A stretch of 64,000 nucleotides of DNA from a virus, in the IMG/VR virus record IMGVR_UViG_3300030328_001039, positions 31,712-95,711 of that record, one strand, 5' to 3'. Position numbers and translations under genes: made by a program. This document shows positions 31,587 through 41,694 of the stretch, one piece after another. Position 1 is the first letter of the stretch. Each line of letters starts with the position of its first letter. The notes beneath the pieces were generated by a model. The model saw only the letters and a list, made by a program, of their open reading frames with translations. It searched no databases and had not been told where the DNA came from.

Positions 31587-34500
31587 TCACTCTTCTTCAC
31601 CATACTTATTGAAATCGCTGTGCTGCTTGCCCTTTTTCCTCTTTTTGCGTTTGTTACGCAAATGGTCGTATTCTTCTTCGGAATCCTCTGTAGGTCGCTC
31701 TATCATATCCCAATCAGGCAGACTTTCTTCACTTGTCAGTGAAGTTGGCCCTCTAGGAGATTCAGTACCGTCTCCAACATTAATACCTAATCCTTGAGCA
31801 CCTACTCTACCTGACATTTTTTCTTTTTGTATAGTATCAATTCGCTCTGTAAGGTCATTAATACGAGTAATTGTTTTGAGCATTTTCTTCATATTCGGCT
31901 TGATGATATTCATTTCATCATCAGCATCAATGATACCAGCAGAGTTTTTCTCACTCTCCTTTCTATCTTTTTTTGAATGCATTGAATGGTAGTCCTTCTC
32001 AGGAATAATTTCTTCAACTATGCTTTCTTCTTTTTTATTGATACCTTTCATCATCAATGAAACAGCCTGATTCCATAGCGGTCTAACGCTTTCTGCTAGT
32101 TGTAGAGAGTAATCAGACTGGGCTAAAGCGCCCATAACTGACTGTGGAGAGTGCGCCCAATTTCCAGTATGACTGGATTCTGACTTGTAAATTACCTCGT
32201 CTAACCCATCAAAAACGATGGATATTTGGTTTTCTTTGAGGGTTATATCGTAAGGAACATGGATAATAGGATGAGATTTAGCCAAAAGAGATAATGTTTC
32301 AAGACTTGCTGGACTTTCAGAATCAGCCTCTCCTACTATCTTTGAAGAAGTTACATCATAGATTGTTTTATCATTTCGCTTCCGCTTTTTAACACCTGAT
32401 ACAGATATTGATACAGTGTCTCCTTCTTTGAATGGCTTAGGGCTTTTGATAGTACCAACATCAAGATACTGCTTACCTTCGTAATCAACTCCTCTATTAC
32501 CAAATCCTTCGGAGTCAAGTGGCCCTGCTCCTAAACGATAGGTGTATGGACTTTTACCTCTTACATCTAAGATAATGAAACTGACATTCTTATTTTTACG
32601 AAGTAAAAACCACTTAGGGTGTCTACGCTCACCACGCATATATGTCGATTTAGCATCACGGAGTAATAGTTGCTTATGCTCTTCTTGTAGATTTTCTACT
32701 GTAGATTCCAAACCACCATCTTCTGTGATTCGTGTATCATGTGGAGCAGGTACTAAGATATGTTCGTGACTATCGAACTGCCCTCTTAGAATCTTGAGCC
32801 TTTCTCTAACTGTCATGTCTGAAACATTTGTATCATCATAGTCAATCAAATCTATGATGTGTATGCAGTCTTTCATTCTAACAGCATCTACGATGTAGTT
32901 CTTTTCAGTTAAGGCTTTCAGACTTTTCTTATCTTCTCCACTTAATGGAACAGCATCGTTATTTTCATCATAAGCAGTAAAGCGACTACCCTTTCTCATA
33001 ATTATCATACGCTTTCCATCATAGAACGCAGATACAACCCAGTCACCGCTGAATCCTCTTAACGCTTCAAAATCTTTCAAACTAAAGATACGATGCATCG
33101 GTAAAATAGGTGGAGGGCGTGATTTATCAGCCTTTAACAAAGCATCAGGGTTCATCAAAACCATTAGTGTTTCAGATGGGTCGCTTGTTGAAATGTAACC
33201 CGGTTCAATATTTGGAGGCAGACCGAGAATGTTGGGTCTATTCATATTTGTAGTAGCAACAGGAACTTGATAGCCTGATGATAATACTTGTTTTACAGGT
33301 TCTTGACCATGCACAGAAGTCATCAATGATTCGCTAATACTGTGTAGATATTCAGGTTGAGTATTATTCCCAACCATGATTGTTTTGTTACCGGGGAACT
33401 CAGCGCCAACTGATGGCTCTAACAAATATCCACTATCCATAGCACCTGACGCAAACATATCTTGAACTGAAACTCCATTACCACTGGTTGCTGAATGAAT
33501 TGGGAACATACCAAAATTGGCAGTTCTAACTGTAGTAGATGGTGCTACAACCTTATCCATTGTTTGTGCTATTGTTGGGTCGAACACAAAAAGGTCGTGA
33601 ACTGCGCTTTTAGCATTATTAATGGGTTCATTCATATGCCCTTTAAGACTACCAATAGCGTTCATTTTTTTACCATAGTTACCATCACGATGACTTAGTT
33701 TTACCCGACTTAAACCATGTAACTGAAGTTGATTTTGTTGATTAGGTCTGAATAAAGGCTCTAACTGAGATAGACTCTTACCGTACTTTTCTCTAAAAAC
33801 TCCAGCAAACTTTCTATCAGCCTTATGTCTTTCAGTAGGTTGCTCCTTTGCTGAAGGTCGTGTGTTAATATGCTCTCTCAAAATTGACTCGATTGCCCCG
33901 TGATGGTCGTCAGTAGTAAACATAAAGTTAGGCTTTTCGCCTACAAAACTCATACCTGAACCTAGTAAATCACCATGACTTAGGACTTTCACAGGAGCAT
34001 CCATTCCCTCAAGTAACCTATCAATCATGTTATTATGTGCTTTATCATTAGGTAAATTGAGTAGAGAGCGAACTTTTTCTTTAGAGAAGGTGGGTAGGAT
34101 TTCTTTACCAACAGCACCTAATACAGATGCTATAGTATGATGAGGAGACACAACTTCATCTCCACTAGACATTAATTCACTAGCACTTTTTTGCTCTTTC
34201 ATAATTTCCCCATAACCATATGATTCTAAACCATGAACTGAATTAGGTAGACGCATTAAAGCAATATTTGCATCTTTGAATAATCGGGATGTATTTGCTA
34301 TGAACTTATCAGGGAACTCAGGATTAAAAGCATCAGGGTCTGCTTTTTCATACTCAGGTTTCATTTTTATCGCCATATCTACAATAGCGTCTAAGTCAGC
34401 CTCTTGCTTTTTTTGAGCATGATTTGAAACATGTTCAAATATATTTTTCTCATCTTTTGTAGCAACAGCGTAAATATCATCTATCTCAGCCTCTATTTCG

Positions 34501-37067
34501 TGAAGCCTCAAGTTGGCTCGTGCAAACTCATCACTGCCTTCTTCAAAGTCCATTATTGAGTTGCTAATCCCATCATACTCGTCATTTAGGTCTGCTACTG
34601 CACTCTTCTGACCAGCGGTAAGAGATTCTATACCACCAGTTTTCTTTTTCTTATGTCTTTGAAAAATCTTGAAAGTCTCTCTATTTTTTTCATTGTGACT
34701 AAGTTTTGCTCCAGCAGGGAGGTTGTCTTTAGTAAGCCACCTGTTCTTTTTCATTGGGTCGTGAGGAGGATGAAGCCTACCACCTGATGTAGCATTACGA
34801 TGTGTATGTAGTGCATTAGTATCACTTTGAGTTGTAGCAAGTGCTTTACCACCTATAGCATTAATCGCATTTGTAGTAAAATGGTTATCCCCATCTTTAT
34901 GAATATTCCAAGCAGGGCCATTGAAGTATATTCTTCTTTCATCATCTGTCATGTAACGAATACTATTAGCATAACCACCACTCAAAGAAGTTGCTTGACG
35001 AAAAGGCATATTCTTTGGATTTCTAGGCGAGCCATGAATGTGAGATGAAGAATCCCATAGTGAAATTATACCATGTGAACCAGCGTGCTCTCTTGATTCT
35101 CTTGAAAACAAAGAAGGGAGGTATCTGCCCCAAAGACCGCTAGTTTTGGGATTGGGAATAAACTGGTCGCCATCTATTTTACCAATAACAGAAAATCCAT
35201 CACTGTCTTTTGGTAAAGAGTCATGTATCATTTCTAAATAATGAAGTACATTTCTACCCATACCACCTTGATGATGAAAGTCCTCAGCAAAGTGAGCACC
35301 AAGACCTATGATGTTATTTTCATCATCAGTAAGATAATGCTCTCTTTCGTCTACTGGAATATCAGTAATATCATACCCATTAGACCCACCGGAATGAAAC
35401 CAATCGTGATTACGAATTGATTTTTGATTAGCGTTTGTTTTGGAAAAATACTTCGCCTTGTTTAGAACCTCTTTGATTTTAGTAGGAGATACCAGTGCTC
35501 CTTCAAATCCAAGTAAAAGAGGATGACTTTCCATTTCGGTCATATCTTCATTATAACCCATAAGATTTAGCATAGTTCTAATATCTAAATGATTTTGCTC
35601 TGACTCATCAAGAATCTTTAGTTCTTCAAGTATACCTTGACCGTGATGAAGTGGGTGTTTTTTTGAGCCAGCATTAATTTTAGCACCCTGCCTCATACCC
35701 TTTACTGGTAGTTGCATTAATTGATTTTCTTCATCTTCCTCAAATAAAAAATCATTACGATGTTCATTGAGGTACTCATTGTATTCTTCTAATAAATTGT
35801 CATAAACACTCGTTGTAGATTTGCTATCAACATCAAAGGGTATACTTTTCAACGCTTGCATCAATGCTTGATTAGTAAATCTTACTTCACCATCGGGTAT
35901 GTCATCAACTGTTTCATAATGTTTTTTGACATTCGCACCATGCATATGTTGTGGTCGCATGTAGTGGTCAAACTCACCAGTAAATCGCTGAGCAAGATTT
36001 CTCTTGATACGACCAGTGCTTATGGTAAACCCATTTCCTAAGTCTATAGTCTGAACATCGTGTGCGTCAGTGCCTTTATCGTGAATGTGATTAATCACTT
36101 TTTGCCTTTCTACTGGAGACAAAAACTCTAGTCCATAGAGATAGCCCTCATAACCAAGTGCTTCTCTAAGAGCAGATGCCTCAAGTTCAGATTCACTTTT
36201 ACCGCTGTAAAGATGGTCGTGAATCTCTTGCTCTGTCATTCCTTCTTTTGGGTCATACATTTCATCGTGATATTGGTCACTCTCCCACCTATCAGCAGCA
36301 TCTTCAAAATGCATTAATTGTAAAGCGTGCTCATGTTCAATAGGCATTGGATATTTGTCTATCATTTCTTTGACAAGAGATGGATTTTCACTTTTCCATT
36401 TTTCAAAATCACGCATATACAAATCGTGAGCGTAAACTCCCTTTAGTGGCCCTAAGAAGGCTTGATGGTCTACATCTTTACCAGCCTCCATGTCGTATTT
36501 TTTATTACCAGTTATAGAGGGATTATTTTGTTTAAGTTCGTAATTTTCTTTACCCTTTTCGGTTTCTCTATATCTCTCAGATAAACTAGGCACTCCGGGT
36601 TTAGATGGTAAATAGAATCTTCTTAATTTTTCAATCATTTTCGACCTATTAGTAATAGTATTCTTTTGTCGTAAGGGATGATGATTTTTGTGATGAGGAT
36701 GAGACTCAGCATAATGTTGGCCTTGAGCGAAATTAGCAACAGGGAATGACGATGCTAAGTCCATCAAACTACGCTCTTGCATTCTGTTTTGCCAAGGATG
36801 CTCACCTAGTTTCATTTCTGCCCCTCTTAAAAAACTAAACTCACCAGTTTGTTTTTTGTCAAAACGATGCCGTCTTTGTTTTGCTTTGAGTATTGAGTTG
36901 CAGATTTGGTCAGATGGTGTCTCTTCTATTTTTACACCATATCTTTCTAAGTTCATCTTAGCAAAATAATAATCTCCAATGGCATTACTAATGTCGATAC
37001 CATCGACTATAGATTTGAGAAGTTCGTTACGACTTCTATAATACCAATCTGATGGCGTTTCAATCAA
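31587..37067 (-). CDS. 1826-aa head-region protein with C-terminal ATP-dependent DNA ligase-like (apparently inactive) domain
   Basis: The C-terminal third shows the ligase motif order YDGKR, IVDA, HIIDLI, RERLKIL, STYMRGER..KW and an OB-fold. The motif-I Lys is replaced by Phe. Confidence 0.75.
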   Translation of the reverse strand: MIETPSDWYYRSRNELLKSIVDGIDISNAIGDYYFAKMNLERYGVKIEETPSDQICNSILKAKQRRHRFDKKQTGEFSFLRGAEMKLGEHPWQNRMQERSLMDLASSFPVANFAQGQHYAESHPHHKNHHPLRQKNTITNRSKMIEKLRRFYLPSKPGVPSLSERYRETEKGKENYELKQNNPSITGNKKYDMEAGKDVDHQAFLGPLKGVYAHDLYMRDFEKWKSENPSLVKEMIDKYPMPIEHEHALQLMHFEDAADRWESDQYHDEMYDPKEGMTEQEIHDHLYSGKSESELEASALREALGYEGYLYGLEFLSPVERQKVINHIHDKGTDAHDVQTIDLGNGFTISTGRIKRNLAQRFTGEFDHYMRPQHMHGANVKKHYETVDDIPDGEVRFTNQALMQALKSIPFDVDSKSTTSVYDNLLEEYNEYLNEHRNDFLFEEDEENQLMQLPVKGMRQGAKINAGSKKHPLHHGQGILEELKILDESEQNHLDIRTMLNLMGYNEDMTEMESHPLLLGFEGALVSPTKIKEVLNKAKYFSKTNANQKSIRNHDWFHSGGSNGYDITDIPVDEREHYLTDDENNIIGLGAHFAEDFHHQGGMGRNVLHYLEMIHDSLPKDSDGFSVIGKIDGDQFIPNPKTSGLWGRYLPSLFSRESREHAGSHGIISLWDSSSHIHGSPRNPKNMPFRQATSLSGGYANSIRYMTDDERRIYFNGPAWNIHKDGDNHFTTNAINAIGGKALATTQSDTNALHTHRNATSGGRLHPPHDPMKKNRWLTKDNLPAGAKLSHNEKNRETFKIFQRHKKKKTGGIESLTAGQKSAVADLNDEYDGISNSIMDFEEGSDEFARANLRLHEIEAEIDDIYAVATKDEKNIFEHVSNHAQKKQEADLDAIVDMAIKMKPEYEKADPDAFNPEFPDKFIANTSRLFKDANIALMRLPNSVHGLESYGYGEIMKEQKSASELMSSGDEVVSPHHTIASVLGAVGKEILPTFSKEKVRSLLNLPNDKAHNNMIDRLLEGMDAPVKVLSHGDLLGSGMSFVGEKPNFMFTTDDHHGAIESILREHINTRPSAKEQPTERHKADRKFAGVFREKYGKSLSQLEPLFRPNQQNQLQLHGLSRVKLSHRDGNYGKKMNAIGSLKGHMNEPINNAKSAVHDLFVFDPTIAQTMDKVVAPSTTVRTANFGMFPIHSATSGNGVSVQDMFASGAMDSGYLLEPSVGAEFPGNKTIMVGNNTQPEYLHSISESLMTSVHGQEPVKQVLSSGYQVPVATTNMNRPNILGLPPNIEPGYISTSDPSETLMVLMNPDALLKADKSRPPPILPMHRIFSLKDFEALRGFSGDWVVSAFYDGKRMIIMRKGSRFTAYDENNDAVPLSGEDKKSLKALTEKNYIVDAVRMKDCIHIIDLIDYDDTNVSDMTVRERLKILRGQFDSHEHILVPAPHDTRITEDGGLESTVENLQEEHKQLLLRDAKSTYMRGERRHPKWFLLRKNKNVSFIILDVRGKSPYTYRLGAGPLDSEGFGNRGVDYEGKQYLDVGTIKSPKPFKEGDTVSISVSGVKKRKRNDKTIYDVTSSKIVGEADSESPASLETLSLLAKSHPIIHVPYDITLKENQISIVFDGLDEVIYKSESSHTGNWAHSPQSVMGALAQSDYSLQLAESVRPLWNQAVSLMMKGINKKEESIVEEIIPEKDYHSMHSKKDRKESEKNSAGIIDADDEMNIIKPNMKKMLKTITRINDLTERIDTIQKEKMSGRVGAQGLGINVGDGTESPRGPTSLTSEESLPDWDMIERPTEDSEEEYDHLRNKRKKRKKGKQHSDFNKYGEEE

Positions 37068-37079
37068 TCAAAGCCCCCC

Positions 37080-37922
37080 TCAATAGGGGTTGTTGCTCAA
37101 AACCCCGTTGTTATCAAGACGACTTACTCCGCCACCTTCATGTGGGTTTAACATAGCGGCCAATCTGTCAAGACTAACTTGTACTGATGTAGCACCTTTG
37201 TTGGTAACATCTTCAGCATTATATGGATATTGATTTGTAGTATAGTAGGCATTTCTTGTTTGACCACCAGTTTCAGACATAAACATAACACCTTGAGGTG
37301 TTGAATCGTAAGCCGTAGTAAATCCGGGTTGGCTACCTGCTTCTACAGATTTAGCAACTTCTTTTGGCGGGTTTCTCTGTTCAGGAGACATTCTCTTAGG
37401 ACTCTCTTCTCCCGGCCTTCTGAATACTTTCACTCCACGACCACGCTCGCCACGCTTTTGGTCACGAGATTTACCTTCACTCAATGGTAAAGTAACACCT
37501 GTGGTTTCAGGAGGGGAGTCACTTCCTTCTAATTCAGATGGAGTATTCCCTCCCATTCTTTGCCTCAATCTCTCATATGCCATAGGAGATGTTCTAGTTT
37601 GAGAGTCCGGCATAATACCTGCGTTTTCTCTTTGAGCATCAGCGATTGTGAATGTATCACCTTTCTTCTTTTCATCTTTTGCGCCCTTACCATCAGCGGC
37701 AAACTTAGGAACTTTCTTACCTTCGTGCTCGACCATATCAAGCCCTTTCTCCATTTTACACATAGAGCAACCCTCGTTTTGACAAGAAGGGCATGTTGGT
37801 GTAGGCTCGTTAATTTTTCGATTGTTTTGCTTTACAAGCGTGTCTATACGCTCAGAAAGATATTGTGCTTTGTTCATTAAGTCAAACGCTTCTCGGCTTA
37901 TTGGGGATGGTATCGGCTTCAT
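37080..37922 (-). CDS. Hypothetical head-associated protein (start corrected to MKPIPS)
   Basis: ATGA overlap and GAGGTGA RBS. Contains CPSC..CSMC and a low-complexity K/E/P-rich body. Confidence 0.65.
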   Translation of the reverse strand: MKPIPSPISREAFDLMNKAQYLSERIDTLVKQNNRKINEPTPTCPSCQNEGCSMCKMEKGLDMVEHEGKKVPKFAADGKGAKDEKKKGDTFTIADAQRENAGIMPDSQTRTSPMAYERLRQRMGGNTPSELEGSDSPPETTGVTLPLSEGKSRDQKRGERGRGVKVFRRPGEESPKRMSPEQRNPPKEVAKSVEAGSQPGFTTAYDSTPQGVMFMSETGGQTRNAYYTTNQYPYNAEDVTNKGATSVQVSLDRLAAMLNPHEGGGVSRLDNNGVLSNNPY

Positions 37923-38266
37923 TGTGTCACCTCTGTTGATTTTGCTTGTTCGGCCATTTCGTGAATCTCTTCCCAAGACATTAAGTGAATCTCATTATTT
38001 GTATATTCGTTTTGGCTTTTCAAGAGAGCAGAGTCATCGTTTGTACCAACTCCAATGTCACCTCTAAATGCATCTGTTTCAACATCTTGACTCAAAGGAG
38101 TCATGGTTGCTACAAACCCTGCCTTTCTAAGCATAGAAATAGGATTTTGTAAAGCCTGTTTAAGTTGTATGTTTTCTGATTTCAAAACTTGAAGGTCACT
38201 ATCCATTGACTCCATTTTTGTTACCAATGCATTCATCAAACGCTCAGCGACAGATTCTTCAGCCAT
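37919..38266 (-). CDS. Coiled-coil protein with scaffold-like C-terminus
   Basis: N-terminal coiled coil. The C-terminal MSWEEIHEMA matches the scaffold C-terminus MTWEEVHQLA. Confidence 0.7.
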   Translation of the reverse strand: MAEESVAERLMNALVTKMESMDSDLQVLKSENIQLKQALQNPISMLRKAGFVATMTPLSQDVETDAFRGDIGVGTNDDSALLKSQNEYTNNEIHLMSWEEIHEMAEQAKSTEVTQ

Positions 38267-38275
38267 TTAATCACC

Positions 38276-38623
38276 TTATTGAGAATAACGACCAAAAGTA
38301 CCAGTATGTTTCTTAAATCCTCGACCTACACGACCTGAAATAATTGTTCCCGGTAGTATGTCGCTTCTTTGTGCGAGATTAAATCTAGCACCACTTTCAT
38401 TCATCTTCATTAGAGTTGATTCACCCGGTTGAACAACTGCAACTTCTTTTTGCGATTTCTTGATAGCCGAATGAATATCATCATTCAAAAATCCAGCAAA
38501 CTTTAGGATTTCATTAAGATGTTGCTGAGCAGCAAACGGGTCACTGCTCTCTAATGCTTTGTTAAATGCATCTGTGTGAACAGTTAGTTTTCTAGCCATA
38601 GGATTCATTTTTAGTAAGTCCAT
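38276..38623 (-). CDS. Hypothetical protein
   Basis: Co-oriented, GAGGCGA RBS, begins MDLLK. Confidence 0.65.
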   Translation of the reverse strand: MDLLKMNPMARKLTVHTDAFNKALESSDPFAAQQHLNEILKFAGFLNDDIHSAIKKSQKEVAVVQPGESTLMKMNESGARFNLAQRSDILPGTIISGRVGRGFKKHTGTFGRYSQ

Positions 38624-38668
38624 AGTCTCGCCTCTACTGTACTCGTAGCAATACCACCCTAAATAGCC

Positions 38669-40465
38669 TTACTGTCCTCTAAGCCTCCGACTGGCTTGTA
38701 GTCTTTGTGAGTTTTGCTGCGGAAGAGTAGGTGGTAACCCTCTTTGCTGAACACTACTTACTGGAGCACCTGCTCCCGGTGTTGCTCTTTGTTGAGGTCT
38801 TGCTGGAGAGCGTGGAGTCCGAATACCCATACCTTCACCACCCGGTTGAGACGGTGGCATAACTGGTGGCATACCTCGTCTACCCTGCATCATTTGAGGA
38901 GGCATTCTACCACCTTGCATCATTTGAGGAGGCATTCTACCACCTTGCATCATTTGAGGAGGCATTCCTCCGGGTGGCATTCCTCCTCCGGGCGGCATAC
39001 CGCCCTGTGGCATTCCACCTGCTTGTTGTTGAGCAGCCTGTTGCTCTTCTTGCTTTCGATATGTGAATCGAATATCACGCTCTCCCTCCTCCATTAGTTC
39101 AGGTTTGTAACCAAGCATAGCCATGCGCTGAGCAAGATTAACCTCCATCTCATCTCTTCGCAATCTAGTGATTTCATCTTCTTCTTCGTTTGGATAGAGC
39201 GTTAGTTTCCAATCAGTAACATCTAACTCTTTGAGCATACGAGGGAATAAGACTTCAGTATACACTTTCTGACCGTATTCTACTGCACGATTAGTAACAA
39301 GAATCTGTAGACCTTCATTATTCAAACCACCAGCCTTACCATTGTCAATCATAAAGATTGAAGATACACCATAGAAAGCAGCAATACGATTTCTAATTTC
39401 ATCACGCACAGCGATGTATTGCATTTCTTCAAGGGTGTCCATGAACTTAATCCAATTTACACCACCACGACCCGATGCTGACTCGATACCAACTTTTGGA
39501 ATATAGTGAGGGTCACGCTCCATTTTTTCATCAACGCCTTTCCAAAAAGACTTCATTGACTCAAGATTATCTGTGGTCACACTCACTATACCTTTTGGAA
39601 TCCTACGCTTTTGATAGGCTGTATAGATGTAATTATCCATAGCAGTCAGTGTCATGGCTTGTCGCCAAAGAGTGTTTACTGGAGCACGACCATACAATTT
39701 ACCGGGATTATACTTTGATATGTGAAGCACTTCACCTTTCATAAAGTATTGATTCTTACCCGACCCAGCCATATTGACATAGTGAGCATCGACTAAACGA
39801 GCACCACATGTTTGACATTTAGGTTCTTGACCGGGATAAGCAACTTGGTCACGATGAATACGGCAAATCTTGTAACGCCCTCCACGGACTCCACGCTTGT
39901 CAGCGATGATTCGCATAAAGATAGGGTCACCACGAATTAACTCTTTGATTCTGTAAAACTGCACTTCTCCAGTCTTTTCATCGACATAATACTCTTTAAT
40001 CATCAAAACGAATGCATCATCTACAATATTCAAATCACGCTCAACTTCATGCAATACTTGCATGAAACTTTGCTCCATAGAGTTCTGTTGTTGTAGCAAC
40101 CACTTAGCATAGACTACCTGCTCAGGGTCAGGGTCACGAACTTGTCCACCACAGGAGTTACATTCAGTAACTTCATGTTGGAACTCTTCTTCACATTCAA
40201 TACACTTCTTACGGAACTTTTTCTCCCAAAAGTAACCTCTACGAAATATCTCTTGACCAAGTTTTGTTATGACAGTTCTGAGAATAAGATTTTCATTTGA
40301 CACAGCATAAAGTGCTGGAAGAGTGATACCTTGTGCTAATACTGGCTCTTGTATACCAGTAGTATACAATGGCATCTGAGGTTGAGGTGTAGTCCTTCTT
40401 CTGAAAGGACTCGCTAATGTAGAAAGGAAGCGACTGACAATACCTTCTTTTTCTTCAGCCATCAT
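38669..40465 (-). CDS. Portal protein
   Basis: Portal motifs (RDLNIVDDAFV, GEVLHI...LYGRAP, IPKGIV, IRNRIAAFYGV) in the expected position between TerL and protease. Confidence 0.9.
   Translation of the reverse strand: MMAEEKEGIVSRFLSTLASPFRRRTTPQPQMPLYTTGIQEPVLAQGITLPALYAVSNENLILRTVITKLGQEIFRRGYFWEKKFRKKCIECEEEFQHEVTECNSCGGQVRDPDPEQVVYAKWLLQQQNSMEQSFMQVLHEVERDLNIVDDAFVLMIKEYYVDEKTGEVQFYRIKELIRGDPIFMRIIADKRGVRGGRYKICRIHRDQVAYPGQEPKCQTCGARLVDAHYVNMAGSGKNQYFMKGEVLHISKYNPGKLYGRAPVNTLWRQAMTLTAMDNYIYTAYQKRRIPKGIVSVTTDNLESMKSFWKGVDEKMERDPHYIPKVGIESASGRGGVNWIKFMDTLEEMQYIAVRDEIRNRIAAFYGVSSIFMIDNGKAGGLNNEGLQILVTNRAVEYGQKVYTEVLFPRMLKELDVTDWKLTLYPNEEEDEITRLRRDEMEVNLAQRMAMLGYKPELMEEGERDIRFTYRKQEEQQAAQQQAGGMPQGGMPPGGGMPPGGMPPQMMQGGRMPPQMMQGGRMPPQMMQGRRGMPPVMPPSQPGGEGMGIRTPRSPARPQQRATPGAGAPVSSVQQRGLPPTLPQQNSQRLQASRRLRGQ
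38886..38967 (-). repeat. Perfect 30-bp tandem repeat (about 2.7 copies) encoding GGRMPPQMMQ in the portal tail
   Basis: tgcatcatttgaggaggcattctaccacct at 38886 and 38916, with a partial copy at 38946. Confidence 0.95.
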
Positions 40466-41694
40466 AGACCCTCCCTATATTTCCCAATTGCGTCAGCATC
40501 AATACCCCAACCATCTAACAAAGCACGAGATTTTTTCCTATCGTCTTTCCAATTCTCATACCTTACTAATCGCTTGAGTTCTTCTTTACGAGTTTTATCT
40601 TTTTCATCAAGATAGGCTAAAACAGCCTTTGCTTGAACAGACTTCATCTTGAGGTGGGGAGACACCCCATCAAGTAACTTTCGTAAATCAGCCTTAGAAT
40701 AAAATTGTAATCGGTGCTGACTTCTTTGTGAATCTTTGTAGACCTTGTTATCTACTGATAATACACCACAGTCAAGTGTCTTGAATAAATCTTCACAGTG
40801 TACTTTTCCTCTATCACCAGTAGCAATCATACCAGCACGAGGTTCACCACGCTCAGTAATAGTGATGTAACCATCAGCGTCAATGAACCCAGCACTGTAA
40901 GACCATACATCTTTCATAACTAAACCATCGCTAGAAATTACAACATATGTGCCTCTTACTGCTCCCTTGACAATATCTACATTTTCTCCATACATATTCA
41001 TAAGAGTCGTAAGTTTTCTATCGGTCTGAGATTTCTTTAACATCCCAGCATCAGAAAAGTTACTGCGTATAGTAGTGACTTTCATTGGCCCTTTTCGCAT
41101 TAATTCTTCAGCAGCATAATGCAAGAAATCTTGCTCGGCTTTAGTTAGTTTATCAACAGGCTGTAGAGTAGTAGTCCACATTTTACGGGCTGTGCTTCTA
41201 TCTTTCATAGCACCAGCCCAAGCCTGTTGCTCTTCGACCCCCCAAACATCTTCATGCTCATCTAGCATTTTCAAAGTTGTTTCAGCGTTATCCCACATCA
41301 TACAGGCTCTCTCAAGATTAACACAGCGAGATTCGCCAAACTTTCTCAGACTCTTGAGTTTACGGTCACTAAGTCCAAGTTGTTTAATGGTATTCTCATA
41401 ACCATCGCTCCAAGATAGATTTTGAATCGTCATATCTGTCTCAAGCGATTTTATCATTCTAATATCATTAATGAAGTTATCAATCTCACTCCGATTGTCT
41501 TTGTTACCTCTTCTTGCTTTTCGTAGACGCTTTACAAGTGTCTCAGCATTACAACCAAGTGTTGCTTCAAACCAACCATCTCCATTTGGAGCAAAGCGAT
41601 GTTGCTTCTTAATTGGTATAACCTCTCCATCGGAAACAGGGGTAAACGAAACGACCTCCCCGAAGTCATCTTCAATCAATGCCGACCCCCACAT
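40462..41694 (-). CDS. LAGLIDADG endonuclease-domain protein
   Basis: YSAGFIDADGYITI followed by typical beta-strand/helix features (LDCGVL...HRLQF...VSPHLKMKSVQA). Long helical N-terminal extension. Confidence 0.8.
   Translation of the reverse strand: MWGSALIEDDFGEVVSFTPVSDGEVIPIKKQHRFAPNGDGWFEATLGCNAETLVKRLRKARRGNKDNRSEIDNFINDIRMIKSLETDMTIQNLSWSDGYENTIKQLGLSDRKLKSLRKFGESRCVNLERACMMWDNAETTLKMLDEHEDVWGVEEQQAWAGAMKDRSTARKMWTTTLQPVDKLTKAEQDFLHYAAEELMRKGPMKVTTIRSNFSDAGMLKKSQTDRKLTTLMNMYGENVDIVKGAVRGTYVVISSDGLVMKDVWSYSAGFIDADGYITITERGEPRAGMIATGDRGKVHCEDLFKTLDCGVLSVDNKVYKDSQRSQHRLQFYSKADLRKLLDGVSPHLKMKSVQAKAVLAYLDEKDKTRKEELKRLVRYENWKDDRKKSRALLDGWGIDADAIGKYREGL

Noticed and set aside
31587-37067. 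Annotation as a functional DNA ligase (lig)
   Set aside because: The catalytic Lys and several acidic metal ligands are substituted, so no gene symbol was assigned.
40462-41694. Intein or intron in terL/portal
   Set aside because: TerL and portal are each continuous and complete. The LAGLIDADG ORF lacks intein splice-junction residues.
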